Shown: positions 55,532-64,000 of the stretch, one piece after another | Numbering within the stretch: position 1 is the stretch's first letter | Layout of the letters: each line of letters begins with the position of its first letter | Source: Desulfuromonadales bacterium | Lineage (GTDB): Bacteria; Desulfobacterota; Desulfuromonadia; Desulfuromonadales; SZUA-540 | Reading direction: 5' to 3' | DNA: 64,000 nt | Assembly: GCA_033549025.1 (NCBI GenBank) | Contig: JAWSUS010000003.1 | Location: 32,001-96,000, forward strand | Translations under genes and position numbers: made by a program | Notes under the pieces: generated by a model | Database searches by the model: none | What the model was told of the DNA's origin: nothing | The model's input: only the letters and a program-made list of their open reading frames with translations

Positions 55532-56460
55532 GGGTCATAAGAAACGAAAGAGGGTCGGTGCTGCTGCTCGTTCTTGTCATCGTGGCGCTGCTGGCTTCGC
55601 TGCTGACCGAGTTCGCCTTTTCCACCCTGGTGGACATCAGGCTGACGGAAACCTTCCGGGACAGCTCCCGCGCCTACTACCTGGCCAAAGGGGGGATCCG
55701 CGTCGGCCGCGTCCTGCTCCAGGAGGACAAGAACAGCTACGACGCCCAAGGGGAAACCTGGTCCCTGGGGGTCGTCAATTATCCGGTCGGGGAGGGATTT
55801 GTCACCATCCAGATTGAGGATCAGGGCGGCAAACTGGACATCAACCGCCTGGTCGACACCCTCGGCGTCAACCCCAACAGCGTGTTCATTGATCGCTTCA
55901 ACCGTTTTTTCGACCTGTTGGGTCTACCGGAACCGGAGGACCTGACCGCCGCCCTCATTGACTGGATCGATCGCGATGAGGAAATCTACCAGGGTGAGGG
56001 ACTGGGCGCCGAAAGCGAATACTACCAGGGGTTGGTGCGTCCCTATCCTTGCAAAAACGCCCCGTTGGACAGTATGGATGAACTGGAGCTGATCCGCGGG
56101 TTCACCCCCGAAATCATCCGGCTGGTGCGACCCCACCTCACGGTCCATGGCGGCGACGAGATCAACGTCAACACCGCCACGGCGGAAGTGCTCATGAGCC
56201 TGTCCGCCGACCCGGAGATCGACCGGACCACGGCGGAAGACATCATCGCCCTGCGGGAGGCACGGCCCTTTATGACGTCGGAAGACCTTAAGGAACTGAA
56301 CCGCTTGCCGGGCATGGACACCCTGCTGCGCACCTCCTTTGCCGTGACCAGCCCGACCTACATCATCAGTTCCTGGGCAACGGTTAACGACGGCAGCCGC
56401 TCCATGGAGGGCGTCGTCCGCAAATCGGGCGATCAACTACTCTTTCTCAAGGTAAATTAG
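55528..56460 (+). CDS. gspK: minor pseudopilin K
   Basis: ERGSVLLLVL, IEDQGGKLDIN, DWID.D and INVNTA motifs. Confidence 0.92.
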   Translation: MRVIRNERGSVLLLVLVIVALLASLLTEFAFSTLVDIRLTETFRDSSRAYYLAKGGIRVGRVLLQEDKNSYDAQGETWSLGVVNYPVGEGFVTIQIEDQGGKLDINRLVDTLGVNPNSVFIDRFNRFFDLLGLPEPEDLTAALIDWIDRDEEIYQGEGLGAESEYYQGLVRPYPCKNAPLDSMDELELIRGFTPEIIRLVRPHLTVHGGDEINVNTATAEVLMSLSADPEIDRTTAEDIIALREARPFMTSEDLKELNRLPGMDTLLRTSFAVTSPTYIISSWATVNDGSRSMEGVVRKSGDQLLFLKVN

Positions 56461-56465
56461 AGCCT

Positions 56466-57869
56466 ATGGCAAAACGACAGATAGGAATCGATCTGGATGC
56501 CGGCACCCTGAGGGTGGCCATTCTTCAGCAGGAAAAGGGGGAGCCGGCCAAAATAAGCCTCGGCCGCCGGACCTACGTCGATGAGACCGAACTGGCGACG
56601 GCGCTTAAAGAACTGGTTGGAATGGAGCTGCACTACGGCGACCGTTTTGCCACCGCCCTGCCGGCAAGGGAAGGGTTCGTGCGCCGCCTCAGCTTCCCCT
56701 TTGCCGACCCGAAAAAAATTGCGGCGGCCCTGAGCTTTGAGCTGGCCTCCCAACTCCCCCTCTCCATCGAGGACTGCGTTACCGATTTCCAGCGCCCTCT
56801 GCCAGGGCCGGAGGGGGGCTTTTCCGTCACGGCAGCCGCCGTTCGAGCCGATGGCATCCCCCCGCTGCTGACGGCCTTTGAAGAGGCGCAAATTCCTCTG
56901 CAGACGATCGACCTGGCTCCTTTTGCCTATGCCAAAGGACTCAAAGAACAGGTGGATGAGGGCATCCTGGCCTGTCTGCAGGGTCAGGAAATCACCGTTT
57001 CCCTCGTGCTGGAAGGCAGACTGGCCGACTATCGCATCCTTCCTCTGCCGGCCGGCCAGAGCGCCGAGCAAACGGCGCGAGCCCTGCATCTTGAGGGCCG
57101 GGCCCTGCAGCAGGGGACAGACCATGGAGACCTCCCTTTCTTCCTCATGGGGACAGCCGTCACCCCGGCATTGCAGCAGCATCTGCAAAAGCTGGGGGCG
57201 CAGGTACGCATCCCGGCCTTTCTGGCAGACGATGAAGACGTCGCCCCGGAGTTTTTGCCGGCGGTGGCTCTGGCCATGCGGGCAGGGCTGGGAGAGAAAG
57301 ATAAGGGTTTCAATTTTCGCCGCGGCCCCTTCGCCCTGAAAAGCCAATGGGGCATTAACCGCACCCACCTCATCAGCGCCGGCATCCTTGTCGCCCTTAT
57401 CCTTTTGGCCCTGGCGGGATCGGCCACCCTGAACTACTCCAGCAAGGCCCAAAGGGCCCGGGCCCTGCAAGCGGAAATGACCAAGGCGTTTCGGGAAACC
57501 TTCCCCGGGCCACAAGCCATTGTGGACATTCCCCTGCAGATGCGGGGCAAGGTGAAGGAGCTGCAGGACAAGCTGGTTCTCTTCGGTCTGGACCAGACCC
57601 GCACGCCGCTGGCTTCCCTGCAGCAGATTTCGCAAACCATTCCAAACGATGTCACGGTCGATATCCGTGAATGGAATTACAGCGAGGAAGGCATCCGGAT
57701 GGAGGGACAGACGACTTCCTTTGACGCCATCAATCGCATCGTCAAAGCCCTGGAACAGACGAAAGACTACGCCTCTGTGCAGATTTCCGATGCCAAGATG
57801 AGCCTGGAAGGTAATCTGGTCGATTTTCGGCTCAGCCTGACACCCGCCAAGCAGGGAGGTGCCCAATGA
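56466..57869 (+). CDS. gspL: type II secretion protein L (PilM/PilN-like)
   Basis: IGIDL actin-like start, RRLSFPF, FNFRRGPF and a single TM. Confidence 0.85.
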   Translation: MAKRQIGIDLDAGTLRVAILQQEKGEPAKISLGRRTYVDETELATALKELVGMELHYGDRFATALPAREGFVRRLSFPFADPKKIAAALSFELASQLPLSIEDCVTDFQRPLPGPEGGFSVTAAAVRADGIPPLLTAFEEAQIPLQTIDLAPFAYAKGLKEQVDEGILACLQGQEITVSLVLEGRLADYRILPLPAGQSAEQTARALHLEGRALQQGTDHGDLPFFLMGTAVTPALQQHLQKLGAQVRIPAFLADDEDVAPEFLPAVALAMRAGLGEKDKGFNFRRGPFALKSQWGINRTHLISAGILVALILLALAGSATLNYSSKAQRARALQAEMTKAFRETFPGPQAIVDIPLQMRGKVKELQDKLVLFGLDQTRTPLASLQQISQTIPNDVTVDIREWNYSEEGIRMEGQTTSFDAINRIVKALEQTKDYASVQISDAKMSLEGNLVDFRLSLTPAKQGGAQ

Positions 57870-58393
57870 TCGCCAACCTGACCCCGAGGGAGCGCTTTAT
57901 CCTTTTAGCGGGCGGCCTGTTCGTGCTGCTGACCCTGGCGTATCTGCTCATCTGGTCTCCTTACCGCAATGCCATGGAACGGTTCGACAGCCAGATTGCC
58001 TCACGGCAGCGCCAGATGGGGGAGATTCAGCAACTGCGGCAGGAGTTTCTACGCCTCAACCAGCGCATCGCCCAGGCCGAGGCCCAGCTGGCCCGCGCCC
58101 GGTCCTTCTCCCTGTTCTCTTTCGTCGAGGAGGCCGGGGCGCGTATCGCCTCCCGTGAAAATCTGGTGTCCATGCGTCCACAGCCGGCCTCGGAACAAAA
58201 CGGTTTTCGCGAGGAGGCCGTCGAGATCAAGCTGGAGAAAATCCGGCTCGATCAGCTGGTTCAACTCCTGTATGAAATTGAGACCGCCGAAGCCTTCCTG
58301 CGCGTGAAAAACCTGCGCGTCAAGACACGCTTCGACAACCGTTCACAGCTCGATGCCACTCTGGTCATCGCCTCTCTGGGAAAAAGCCAATGA
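57866..58393 (+). CDS. gspM: type II secretion protein M
   Basis: LTPRER followed by TM and coiled coil; gene order. Confidence 0.85.
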   Translation: MIANLTPRERFILLAGGLFVLLTLAYLLIWSPYRNAMERFDSQIASRQRQMGEIQQLRQEFLRLNQRIAQAEAQLARARSFSLFSFVEEAGARIASRENLVSMRPQPASEQNGFREEAVEIKLEKIRLDQLVQLLYEIETAEAFLRVKNLRVKTRFDNRSQLDATLVIASLGKSQ

Positions 58394-59280
58394 CGTTTTT
58401 CCGCTTCCGTCGCCCAAAAAAGCAGCCGGACTCCAGCCGCCGGAGCACCTCGAACCTGCGCCTGCTGCTGTCCGGGTTCGCCGTCTTGCTGGCCTGCTTC
58501 GCCCTGGGGCTCTATATTTTCTTTCCGGCCGACGCCCTGCGCCAGCGTCTTGAGCAGGAACTCTCCACCGACCCCCAGGTGCAGGTTGCGATGGATGGAC
58601 TGAAACTGGCCTTCCCTCCAGCCCTTGTCGCCACCGACCTCCGGGTAAGCGCCGCCGGTCTGCCGCGGGATGTCGTCATAGAAACTCTGCAGGTCAAGCC
58701 CCTGTGGCTGAGCCTGCTGAGCGGCAATCCCGGCGTCAAGCTCAGAGCGCACATGTACGAGGGACAGGTGGAGGCCAGGGTAAAAAAGCGGGGGGAGATC
58801 GAGGCCCTGGCCGAGTCCCTGCGCCTTGAACAGCCCGTGGCGCCCGGATCATCCATTCAGGTTGCCGTTGCCGTTGACGAAATTTCCTTCACCGGCACCT
58901 GGCCTATCCGCCCCGATACCGAGACGGCTTTAAATGCCCGGCTGCGCGAGTTCAGTCTGACCGGCATGAACGCCATCGGAGCCCAGAGCGACACCCTGCA
59001 ACTGGGGGCAGTCAGCATACAAGGGGGCGGAAAAGGCCCTTCCCTGCGTCTCGAAAAAATCGAAAACAGCGGCGGCGATGCAGCCCTGACCGGCAGCGGC
59101 ACCCTTTTGCTTACCCAACCGGCTGGACGCAGCCGGGTCAATCTGACCTTCGGCTTGACCCCCGGGGCCGGGTTCGACCCCGCCCTGCGGGACATGCTGG
59201 GGCTGTTTGCCAAAGCGGACAGCAGCGGCACCTTCAATCTGCGCCTCATGGGCACTCTGAGCAACGCCCAGCTGCGTTGA
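58390..59280 (+). CDS. gspN: type II secretion protein N
   Basis: TM + FP motif, beta-rich body, C-terminal GTLSN; gene order. Confidence 0.78.
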   Translation: MTFFRFRRPKKQPDSSRRSTSNLRLLLSGFAVLLACFALGLYIFFPADALRQRLEQELSTDPQVQVAMDGLKLAFPPALVATDLRVSAAGLPRDVVIETLQVKPLWLSLLSGNPGVKLRAHMYEGQVEARVKKRGEIEALAESLRLEQPVAPGSSIQVAVAVDEISFTGTWPIRPDTETALNARLREFSLTGMNAIGAQSDTLQLGAVSIQGGGKGPSLRLEKIENSGGDAALTGSGTLLLTQPAGRSRVNLTFGLTPGAGFDPALRDMLGLFAKADSSGTFNLRLMGTLSNAQLR

Positions 59281-59308
59281 GTCCCTGCCCTCTGCCAAGG
59301 ATTTGCCC

Positions 59309-60307
59309 ATGCTGAAAAAAGTTCAGGTATTGGTGATACTGGCTGTCATTCTGTCTTCCGTGCCCGGCCAGGCCATTGAGATCCAGCCCTTTCGTACCAG
59401 CAACCGAAGTCCCCTGGTGCAGATCTACGGGCTGCCGGCGGCTGAACGCAGTGCCCTGCTGGCAGGCGGGCAGTGGGAAGGCACCCTCTCTTACGATCTG
59501 GCCAGCAACTACACCCGACATGCGTCGGGCACCGAGAGCATCATCCTCGATGGCGAAACCTCCCGTTTGAACCTGGCCTTGCGCCACGGCCTGTCGGCCG
59601 GCTGGGAAATCGGGGTGGATATCCCCATGCTTTGGCACCGCGGCGGCTTTCTCGACGCCTTCATCGAAGACTGGCACTCCTTTTTCTCTCTCCCCCAGGG
59701 CGGCCGCAATAACTCCCCCCGCGATCGCCTCACCTACCACTACGAACGTTCCAGCCGCACCGCCCTGAACCTGACGGACGCTACCGAAGGCCTGGGCGAT
59801 GTGAGCTTTTCGTTGGGACGACAGCTCGTCAGTCAGAACAGCGGCCGCGACCGTGTCGCCCTGCGGGTCACCCTCAAACTACCGACCGGCGAGAGCGACC
59901 GCCTGCTCGGCAGCGGCAGCACCGACCTGGCTCTCTCTCTCAGCGCCGCTACCCAGCGCCCCGGACCTGGGGGAGACTGGGCGCTGTGGGGGAACATCGG
60001 CCTTCTCGCCATGAGCGATGGCGATGTGCTCCAGAACCAGCAGCGCAACCTGGCGGCCTTCGGCACCGGCGGCTTGGGCTGGGCTCCGGCCGACTGGATC
60101 GCCTTTAAAGTCCAGGTGGATGGCCACACCCCCTTTTACGATGACAGCGACCTCGATGAGGTCTCCACCCCCGCCGCTCAACTTACCCTGGGGGGCAGCC
60201 TGGGCCTGTCCCCGCACACCCAGCTCGATCTCGGGGTGACGGAAGATATTGTCGTCGCCACCGCCCCGGACGTCGTCTTTCACCTCGCTCTTCGTCACCG
60301 CTTTTAA
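59309..60307 (+). CDS. putative outer-membrane beta-barrel protein (DUF3187-like)
   Basis: Signal peptide, GGFLDAFIEDWHSFFSLP, GLGD, KLPTG..GSG, terminal Phe. Confidence 0.75.
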   Translation: MLKKVQVLVILAVILSSVPGQAIEIQPFRTSNRSPLVQIYGLPAAERSALLAGGQWEGTLSYDLASNYTRHASGTESIILDGETSRLNLALRHGLSAGWEIGVDIPMLWHRGGFLDAFIEDWHSFFSLPQGGRNNSPRDRLTYHYERSSRTALNLTDATEGLGDVSFSLGRQLVSQNSGRDRVALRVTLKLPTGESDRLLGSGSTDLALSLSAATQRPGPGGDWALWGNIGLLAMSDGDVLQNQQRNLAAFGTGGLGWAPADWIAFKVQVDGHTPFYDDSDLDEVSTPAAQLTLGGSLGLSPHTQLDLGVTEDIVVATAPDVVFHLALRHRF

Positions 60308-60384
60308 GCATGGCCGCGGGTCGGCGCCTGTTCGGCCCGCCGTTGACTTTCCTCGCGGGATCTTTCTCCTCAAGCCGCTGACGG

Positions 60385-60413
60385 TTGACATTCAGAAGGC
60401 AAATGATTAGCTT
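60385..60413 (+). promoter_or_regulatory. putative sigma70 promoter of lon
   Basis: TTGACA-N17-TAGCTT. Confidence 0.6.
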
Positions 60414-60452
60414 TCCAGAACTGTCATCCGACATCTCAAGGAGTCACTACGC

Positions 60453-62870
60453 ATGAACGACGAACAGGATAAAATCATCGAGGAAGATCGCGTAGGCAAT
60501 GGAGAGCCGGTCAGTGAGCCGGCGGGCGGGCTGGTTTTGGCCGCCGATCTCCTGCCGGAAGAGCTGCCCCTGGTCCCTTTGCGCCCCCGGCCGGCCTTCC
60601 CGGGGATCCTGATTCCCATGATGCTGTCCGGCAGCGATAAAGTGGAGACCGTCCGGCAGGCCATGGAGAGCCCCTCCCAGACCATCGGCCTGGTGTTGGT
60701 CAAAAACATCGAACAGGACGACCATCCCGACAACTTCCACCGCACCGGGGTCGCCGGCAAAATCGTCAAGATCATCGACATGGACGACGACAAGGTGCAG
60801 CTGCTGGTCAACTGCCTGGAGCGCTTCACCATCGAAGCCGTCCGTCCGGCGCCCCAGGGCTTTCGGGCCCGGGTCGAGTACCGTTTCAGTCCCGAGCTCT
60901 CCGTCAACCAGGAACTCAAGGCCTACTCCCTGGCCATCATCTCCACCCTGAAGGAGCTGGTGCAGATCAACCCCCTCTTCTCGGAGGAGATCAAACTCTT
61001 TCTCAACCGCTCCAGCATGGACGACCCCGGCCGCCTGGCCGACTTCGCCGCTAATCTGACCACGGCCGACGGCCAGGAACTCCAGACGATTCTGGCCACT
61101 TTCGATATCCGCAAACGCATCGACCGGGTGCTTGTCCTGCTGAAAAAGGAACTGGAAGTCAGCCGTCTGCAGAGCCGCATTTCCAAGCAGATCGAGGAAA
61201 AGATTTCGGCTCAGCAGCGCGAATTTTTCCTCAAGGAACAGCTCAAAGCCATCAAGAAGGAACTGGGCCTGGAAAAGGACGGCAAGACCGCCGAGACGGA
61301 AAAGTTCAAGCAGCGGCTCAAAACCCTGAAGCCCAACGCCGAGGCGGCAAAGGCTATCAACGAGGAGCTGGAAAAACTGCAGCTCCTTGACCCCTCTTCA
61401 CCGGAATACAACGTCAGCCGCAATTACCTGGAGTGGCTGACCATCCTGCCCTGGGGCAACTTCAGCAAGGATGCCTACAACATCGGGCGAGCCCGCAAAG
61501 TGCTTGACCGTGACCATTACGGGCTCAAGGACGTCAAGGAACGCATTCTGGAGTTCATCGCCGTCGGCAAGATGAAGGGGGACATATCCGGCTCCATCCT
61601 GCTGCTGGTCGGGCCTCCCGGTGTCGGCAAGACCTCCGTCGGCAAAAGCATTGCCAGCGCCCTGGGGCGCTCTTTCTTCCGCTTTTCTCTCGGCGGCATG
61701 CGGGACGAGGCCGAGATCAAGGGGCACCGGCGTACCTACATCGGCGCCATGCCCGGCAAATTTATCCAGGCTATGAAGAACGCCGGCACGGCCAATCCCG
61801 TGCTCATGCTCGATGAAATCGACAAGATCGGCGCTTCCTTCCAGGGCGACCCCGCCTCGGCTTTGCTGGAGGTTCTCGATCCCGAACAGAATGCCAGCTT
61901 CCGCGATCACTATCTCGACGTCCCCTTCGATCTTTCCAACGTCCTTTTCGTGGCGACGGCCAATCAGCTCGACACCATTCCCGCGCCGCTGCTGGACCGC
62001 ACCGAGATCATCCACCTGTCGGGCTATATCCTGGAGGAGAAAATCGAAATCGCCAAGCGCTACCTCATCCCCAAGGCTCTCAGCAGTCACGGCCTGGAGA
62101 AGAGTCGGGTCCGCATACGCCGCGATGCCCTGGAAAAGATCATCGACGGCTACGCCCGCGAGGCCGGGGTGCGCAACCTGGAGAACCGGATCAAAAAGAT
62201 CATGCGCAAGGCCGCCATGGAGTTTGCCGAGGGTCGCGAGGAGGATATCGTCATCCGCAAGGCCGACATCGAAACCTATCTGGGCAAGCCGGTTTTCAGC
62301 CAGGAGGAACTCTTCGAGGATGTCCCCGGCGTCGTCACCGGCCTGGCCTGGACCAGCATGGGCGGCGCCACCCTGGCCATCGAGGCGACGGCCATGCCCA
62401 GCAAGGGCAAGGGCTTCAAGCAGACCGGCCAGCTCGGCAAAGTCATGGTCGAGAGCTCGGAAATCGCCTATTCCTACGTCATGGCCCACCTGGAAGAGTA
62501 CGGGTCCAAAGCGAATTTCTTCGATTCCCATTTCGTCCATCTGCACGTCCCCGCCGGCGCCACCCCCAAAGATGGCCCCTCCGCCGGCGTCACCATGACC
62601 ACGGCCCTCCTTTCCATGATCACCGGTCGGGCGGTGCGTAAAAAACTGGGGATGACGGGCGAGTTGACCCTGACCGGACGGGTTCTGCCCATCGGCGGCG
62701 TCAAGGAAAAGACCATCGCCGCCCGCCGGGCCGGGCTCAAAACGCTGATCTTCCCCGAAGGCAACCGCAAGGATTTCGAAGAACTTGCCGATTACCTGCA
62801 GGAAGGACTGGACGTTCACTTTGCCCGCGACTATGCGGACGTCTATAAAGTCGCCTTTGCCGACCATTGA
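60453..62870 (+). CDS. lon: ATP-dependent protease La (LonA)
   Basis: LON N-domain, GPPGVGKTS, LDEIDK, PKDGPSAG and GGVKEK motifs. Confidence 0.98.
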   Translation: MNDEQDKIIEEDRVGNGEPVSEPAGGLVLAADLLPEELPLVPLRPRPAFPGILIPMMLSGSDKVETVRQAMESPSQTIGLVLVKNIEQDDHPDNFHRTGVAGKIVKIIDMDDDKVQLLVNCLERFTIEAVRPAPQGFRARVEYRFSPELSVNQELKAYSLAIISTLKELVQINPLFSEEIKLFLNRSSMDDPGRLADFAANLTTADGQELQTILATFDIRKRIDRVLVLLKKELEVSRLQSRISKQIEEKISAQQREFFLKEQLKAIKKELGLEKDGKTAETEKFKQRLKTLKPNAEAAKAINEELEKLQLLDPSSPEYNVSRNYLEWLTILPWGNFSKDAYNIGRARKVLDRDHYGLKDVKERILEFIAVGKMKGDISGSILLLVGPPGVGKTSVGKSIASALGRSFFRFSLGGMRDEAEIKGHRRTYIGAMPGKFIQAMKNAGTANPVLMLDEIDKIGASFQGDPASALLEVLDPEQNASFRDHYLDVPFDLSNVLFVATANQLDTIPAPLLDRTEIIHLSGYILEEKIEIAKRYLIPKALSSHGLEKSRVRIRRDALEKIIDGYAREAGVRNLENRIKKIMRKAAMEFAEGREEDIVIRKADIETYLGKPVFSQEELFEDVPGVVTGLAWTSMGGATLAIEATAMPSKGKGFKQTGQLGKVMVESSEIAYSYVMAHLEEYGSKANFFDSHFVHLHVPAGATPKDGPSAGVTMTTALLSMITGRAVRKKLGMTGELTLTGRVLPIGGVKEKTIAARRAGLKTLIFPEGNRKDFEELADYLQEGLDVHFARDYADVYKVAFADH

Positions 62871-62916
62871 CAACCAGGGGCAAGCGCCCCGACATCACCC
62901 AACCGGAGAACGATTC

Positions 62917-63147
62917 ATGACCGTACAGGAACTTAAAGCCGCCGTACTGGCGTTGGACGCCGAGCAGAAAAAAACCTTTATCCTTGAAGCCCTGCCCGAA
63001 CTGGCCCGTGAGGGCATGAAAGATCAGGCCTTCATGATGCAGCTCTTTCCCCTGCTCCTCAACCTGCTCAAGGAAAGTGGCATCGAGCTGCAGCAGCTTC
63101 TCCAATTCGCCGCCCTCATGGGAGGCGGGACCACCAGTCAGTCGTAA
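62917..63147 (+). CDS. hypothetical 76-aa helical protein
   Basis: ATG 62917 with GGAG RBS; MTVQELKAAVLALD...; fills the gap after lon. Confidence 0.7.
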   Translation: MTVQELKAAVLALDAEQKKTFILEALPELAREGMKDQAFMMQLFPLLLNLLKESGIELQQLLQFAALMGGGTTSQS

Positions 63148-63156
63148 ATTTAGCCG

Positions 63157-63185
63157 TTGACGAACCACGGAAGAATTGCTACTTT
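63157..63185 (+). promoter_or_regulatory. putative sigma70 promoter of trpS leader
   Basis: TTGACG-N17-TACTTT with an extended -10 TG. Confidence 0.65.
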
Positions 63186-63193
63186 TTCCAACC

Positions 63194-63259
63194 ATGAAAC
63201 AGTCTTTGCACACAGACATGACTCGTATCAGCCTTTGGTGGCGCTGGGCCTCTTTCTGA
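63194..63259 (+). CDS. Trp-rich leader peptide (attenuator)
   Basis: MKQSLHTDMTRISLWWRWASF*, with three Trp codons in four, directly upstream of trpS. Confidence 0.85.
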   Translation: MKQSLHTDMTRISLWWRWASF

Positions 63260-63327
63260 ACCGGTCCGCGACCCCAGACAATATGTCATGCCCGCGTACC
63301 GAATAAGGTCGCGGTCAGTCCTACGAG

Positions 63328-63359
63328 AAAAGCCGCGGCCAAAAACCGCGGCTTTTTTT
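63328..63359 (+). terminator. attenuator terminator in trpS leader
   Basis: AAAAGCCGCGG-ccaaaaa-CCGCGGCTTTTTTT. Confidence 0.88.
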
Positions 63360-63438
63360 ATTGAATCTCTCTCACGATCTTTTTCTGCCGTCGTGAGAGG
63401 CCCTTATTAACCCTTACTGCTTATCACGAGGTACCGAC

Positions 63439-64000
63439 ATGCGCGTTCTTTCCGGCATCCAGCCTTCCGGCTCCCTGCACCTGGGCAATTTTTTCGGCAT
63501 GATGAAAAAAATGATCGAGCACCAGGAACAGCAGGATCTCTTCTGTTTCATCGCCAACTATCACGCCATGACCAGCGTCGCTAACGGCAAACAGCTGGCA
63601 CAGGGAACCCTGGAGGCCGCCGCCAACTTTCTGGCGCTTGGTCTCGACCCTGAAAGGAGCACGTTCTGGGTCCAGTCGGATCTGCCCGAGGTGCAGGAGC
63701 TGGCCTGGGCCCTCTCCAACTTTACCCCCATGGGGTTGCTGGAACGTTGCCACAGCTACAAGGACAAGATCGCCCGCGGCATCGCCGCCAACCATGGCCT
63801 CTTCGCCTATCCGGTGCTGATGGCGGCGGACATCCTGCTCTTTCAGAGCGAGAAAGTGCCCGTCGGCAAGGACCAGAAACAGCATGTCGAAGTGACCCGC
63901 GACATCGCCATCAAGTTCAACAACGCCTACGGCGACATCTTCACGCTGCCTGAACCCGAGATCGACGACGAAGTAGCGACCGTCCCCGGCATCGACGGCC
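63439..64000 (+). CDS. trpS: tryptophanyl-tRNA synthetase (5' part; runs off window)
   Basis: Not in the ORF track. Manual translation gives MRVLSGIQPSGSLHLGNFFG...YHAMT...YPVLMAADIL...VPVGKDQKQH. Confidence 0.96.
   Translation, partial: MRVLSGIQPSGSLHLGNFFGMMKKMIEHQEQQDLFCFIANYHAMTSVANGKQLAQGTLEAAANFLALGLDPERSTFWVQSDLPEVQELAWALSNFTPMGLLERCHSYKDKIARGIAANHGLFAYPVLMAADILLFQSEKVPVGKDQKQHVEVTRDIAIKFNNAYGDIFTLPEPEIDDEVATVPGIDG

Noticed and set aside
63150..63438. T-box riboswitch upstream of trpS
   Set aside because: No T-box consensus (AAGGTGGNACC-like) is seen, and the Trp-rich leader peptide explains the terminator better.
1..64000. CRISPR arrays, IS elements, integrases, rRNA, defence systems
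   Set aside because: I saw no regularly spaced repeats, transposase or recombinase motifs, rRNA sequence or recognisable defence genes.

Overview
GC-rich chromosomal window from a Desulfuromonadales-like deltaproteobacterium (taxon inferred from gene content, not verified). It is mostly core genome; I saw no mobile elements, prophage or CRISPR arrays. In order: the ispE-tRNA(Gln)-prs-rplY-pth-hppA operon; a sigma54-type TAXI-TRAP operon with two binding proteins, a USP and a permease carrying a lipoyl/biotinyl-like insert; xpt; a CHASE2 Ser/Thr kinase-PP2C-FHA cassette; a LonC-like protease; a FadJ-like enzyme; malQ; uvrC; a cNMP-binding protein/AI-2E transporter pair; a tandem-Cache histidine kinase with a sigma54 activator; SatP-like and OFA-family transporters; a double-domain CDP-alcohol phosphatidyltransferase; divergent efpL and efp-epmA with pldA and a KamA/EpmB-type gene; polA; a gspC-N type II secretion cluster; lon; and the 5' end of trpS with a Trp leader-peptide attenuator. 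The best candidate for an undescribed system is a local carboxylate-responsive sigma54 regulon. The two transporter promoters share a -24/-12 element and three TTTGCA-N4-TGCAAA palindromes in the same geometry, and the OFA transporter has an in-frame six-Cys N-terminal module.
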